54,360 nucleotides of DNA from a bacterium. GTDB lineage: Bacteria; Patescibacteriota; Patescibacteriia; S139-126. The notes beneath the pieces are model-generated. The model was not told the origin of the DNA. It saw only the letters and a program-made list of their open reading frames with translations, and searched no databases. The translations under genes were made by a program, and so were the position numbers. Positions 52,835 to 54,360 of the stretch are shown here, in pieces (the first letter of the stretch is position 1; the number at the start of each line of letters is the position of its first letter). The stretch lies in assembly GCA_030666865.1 (NCBI GenBank), contig DAOUWZ010000005.1, forward strand, positions 1 to 54,360, given 5' to 3'.

Positions 52835-53398
52835 ATGACTTATCCATTCAACTGTATTACAAATTTTATATTCGTTGAGCATAAACCATCAAAAGCTGAT
52901 GTGATTTTGATTCCTGGTGGAAGTCGTCCACAACTTATAGAAAAAGCTGTTGAATTATACAAAGAGGGATATGCTTCTCATATTTTACCTTCTGGCGGAG
53001 CTAATCCTAAACTTACCGAATATAAAACTGAATGGGAATATCTCCAAAATATTGCCCTTTCATTAGGTGTGCCCGAAAACACTATCCTGAAAGAAGACCA
53101 AGCAAAACACACCTTCGATAATGCAAATTTATCTTGGCAAGTTCTACAAAACAGCAATTTAAAAACCAATAAAGTAATATTTGTTTGTAAAACACATCAC
53201 GCAAGAAGAGCTTTGTTGACATATCAAACAGCTTTTCCAACGAACATTGAATTTGTGGTTTGTCCAATAGTTGATGAAAGAGATGTGCGCAAAGATAATT
53301 GGTTTTTAGATCAAGATAAAATAGACATCATCATGAAAGAAGTCGAAAAAATCGGGCAATATTTTGGAAAGCATATCCCTAACTGGCTGAACCGTTAA
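52835..53398 (+). CDS. YdcF/DUF218-family protein (probable gene cassette)
   Basis: A.ELY, SGG, E..A..T..NA, H.RRA. Confidence 0.88.
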   Translation: MTYPFNCITNFIFVEHKPSKADVILIPGGSRPQLIEKAVELYKEGYASHILPSGGANPKLTEYKTEWEYLQNIALSLGVPENTILKEDQAKHTFDNANLSWQVLQNSNLKTNKVIFVCKTHHARRALLTYQTAFPTNIEFVVCPIVDERDVRKDNWFLDQDKIDIIMKEVEKIGQYFGKHIPNWLNR

Positions 53399-53443
53399 AT
53401 TGCCAAAATTTCTTTTAACAAGGTAGAATTTTTTTGTTACATC

Positions 53444-53589
53444 ACATAATAGCGTGTATCTGGTTCGGAAGATTTGACGCAATTAGATTCAAAAGGAATG
53501 TCAAATCAGCCTCTCCCAAATTTCGCAAAAAAACAATTAGATTTTTAGAGAAATTTTTGCGAAACTTCAGATACACGCGAACATTAGAC
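53444..53589 (+). mobile_element. Integron attC-like site with AAT/ATT cores
   Basis: ACATAAT-A-GCGTGTATCTG ... CAGATACACGC-GAAC-ATTAGAC; internal stems GATTTGAC/GTCAAATC and TTTCGCAAAAA/TTTTTGCGAAA. Confidence 0.75.
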
Positions 53590-53647
53590 GAAATGGAAAG
53601 TCATCCCTATCGAAATGTTTTTAATATCTAACTGAAATCAAATTACT

Positions 53648-54163
53648 ATGGCACATATAAATATTGAAATCAAAGCTAAATCTAATAATCAAGATGAGAT
53701 AAGAGAAATCTTAAAATCAAAGAACGCTAACTTTAAAGGTGTTGACCACCAAATTGATACGTACTTTAAAGTCAATAATGGTAGATTGAAATTAAGAGAA
53801 GGAAAAATTGAAAATCATCTTATTCATTATCAAAGAGAAAACAAAGAAGGTCCTAAACAATCTGATGTTACTTTGTTTAAATCAGACCCTAAATCTTCAT
53901 TGAAAGAAATTTTAACTAAATCTCTTGGTGTTTTAGTCGTTGTTGATAAAAAGAGAGAAATTTATTTTATTGATAATGTAAAATTTCATATTGATATAGT
54001 TGAAGATTTAGGGACTTTTGTTGAAATTGAAGCTATTGATAATGATGGTACATTTGGAAAAGATAAATTACTTGAACAATGTCAATTTTTCCTTGATTTA
54101 TTTAAGATTTCTCAAGAAGATTTGATTTCAGTTTCTTATAGTGATTTATTATTACAGAAGTAA
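53648..54163 (+). CDS. CYTH-domain (class IV adenylate cyclase-like) protein, probable gene cassette
   Basis: IEIKA, QIDTYF, RLKLR, K.REIY, HID.V..LG.FVEIE, SYSDL. Confidence 0.9.
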   Translation: MAHINIEIKAKSNNQDEIREILKSKNANFKGVDHQIDTYFKVNNGRLKLREGKIENHLIHYQRENKEGPKQSDVTLFKSDPKSSLKEILTKSLGVLVVVDKKREIYFIDNVKFHIDIVEDLGTFVEIEAIDNDGTFGKDKLLEQCQFFLDLFKISQEDLISVSYSDLLLQK

Positions 54164-54177
54164 CGGGCTGACTTTCA

Positions 54178-54360
54178 ACTCAAGGGGACGCTGCGCTTTC
54201 GCTTCACTACGTTACGCTCACCCTCGTATATCCCTGACGTTATTATAAATTCCGCTTCGCTTCATTTAGAATAACGCGCGCGGATACCTCCGCTGTCATA
54301 CTCCATTCCGCTCCGCGGAACTTCGTATAACAGCGGATATCCAAAATTTCTTTACGCAAA
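54178..54360 (+). mobile_element. Cluster of attC-like sites/remnants running off the window
   Basis: CGTATATCCCTGAC-GTTATTA (54239), GAATAAC (54269), CCGCTGTCATAC/GTATAACAGCGG, CTTCGCTTC loops. Confidence 0.5.

Noticed and set aside
1185-53267. Numerous 60-140 aa antisense or alternate-frame ORFs inside long genes
   Set aside because: Shadow ORFs fully overlapping well-supported CDSs, with no motifs.
53434-53631. 65-aa ORF
   Set aside because: Coincides with the attC-like palindrome; TTG start.
54320-54347. dif/pdif site (ACTTCGTATAA arm; also AGTTCGCATAA at 52719)
   Set aside because: The second arm does not match TTATGTTAAAT; better explained as integron-type boxes.
1-54360. Alternative genetic code (TGA=Gly)
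   Set aside because: Several clearly complete genes end in TGA (e.g. UDG at 34905), and long ORFs are intact under code 11.

Overview
An AT-rich bacterial chromosomal segment. Patescibacteria (CPR) origin is an inference from DUF4012, a near absence of Shine-Dalgarno motifs and many GC-rich intergenic palindromes. TGA is used as a stop codon, so this is genetic code 11. From left to right: (1) an envelope/cell-division housekeeping block (DUF4012, murJ, lepA, PH-domain protein, ftsB-like, PrsA-like PPIase, RlpA-like, ftsE, ftsX); (2) tRNA-Gln(TTG), preceded by two dead 5' copies and a small GIY-YIG gene; (3) a ~15 kb island apparently integrated at the tRNA 3' end (core GAGCCAT at 15531/30563). 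It carries a large serine recombinase, an HTH protein, a ParB-methyltransferase fusion, a pseudoknotted ~200-nt candidate ncRNA and a defence cargo (Mrr, type I R-M with fused M-S, HEPN-like and PD-(D/E)XK nucleases, GIY-YIG); (4) a nucleotide-handling cluster with two active-site-divergent PncB/NAPRT paralogs (a third sits behind lepA), two LOG/SLOG proteins, an MtnK-like kinase, UDG, a HAD hydrolase and an AAA_28 kinase; (5) a CAP protein and a surface-glycan operon containing metK; (6) at the right end, an integrase-less integron-like cassette array whose sites use AAT/ATT instead of AAC/GTT. The best novelty candidates are the divergent triple-PncB/LOG system, the island-borne structured RNA, the AAT-type cassette array, and the 5'-end-duplicating GIY-YIG/palindrome insertion system at tRNA-Gln and lepA. 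All product calls come from motif recognition by eye; no database searches were run.
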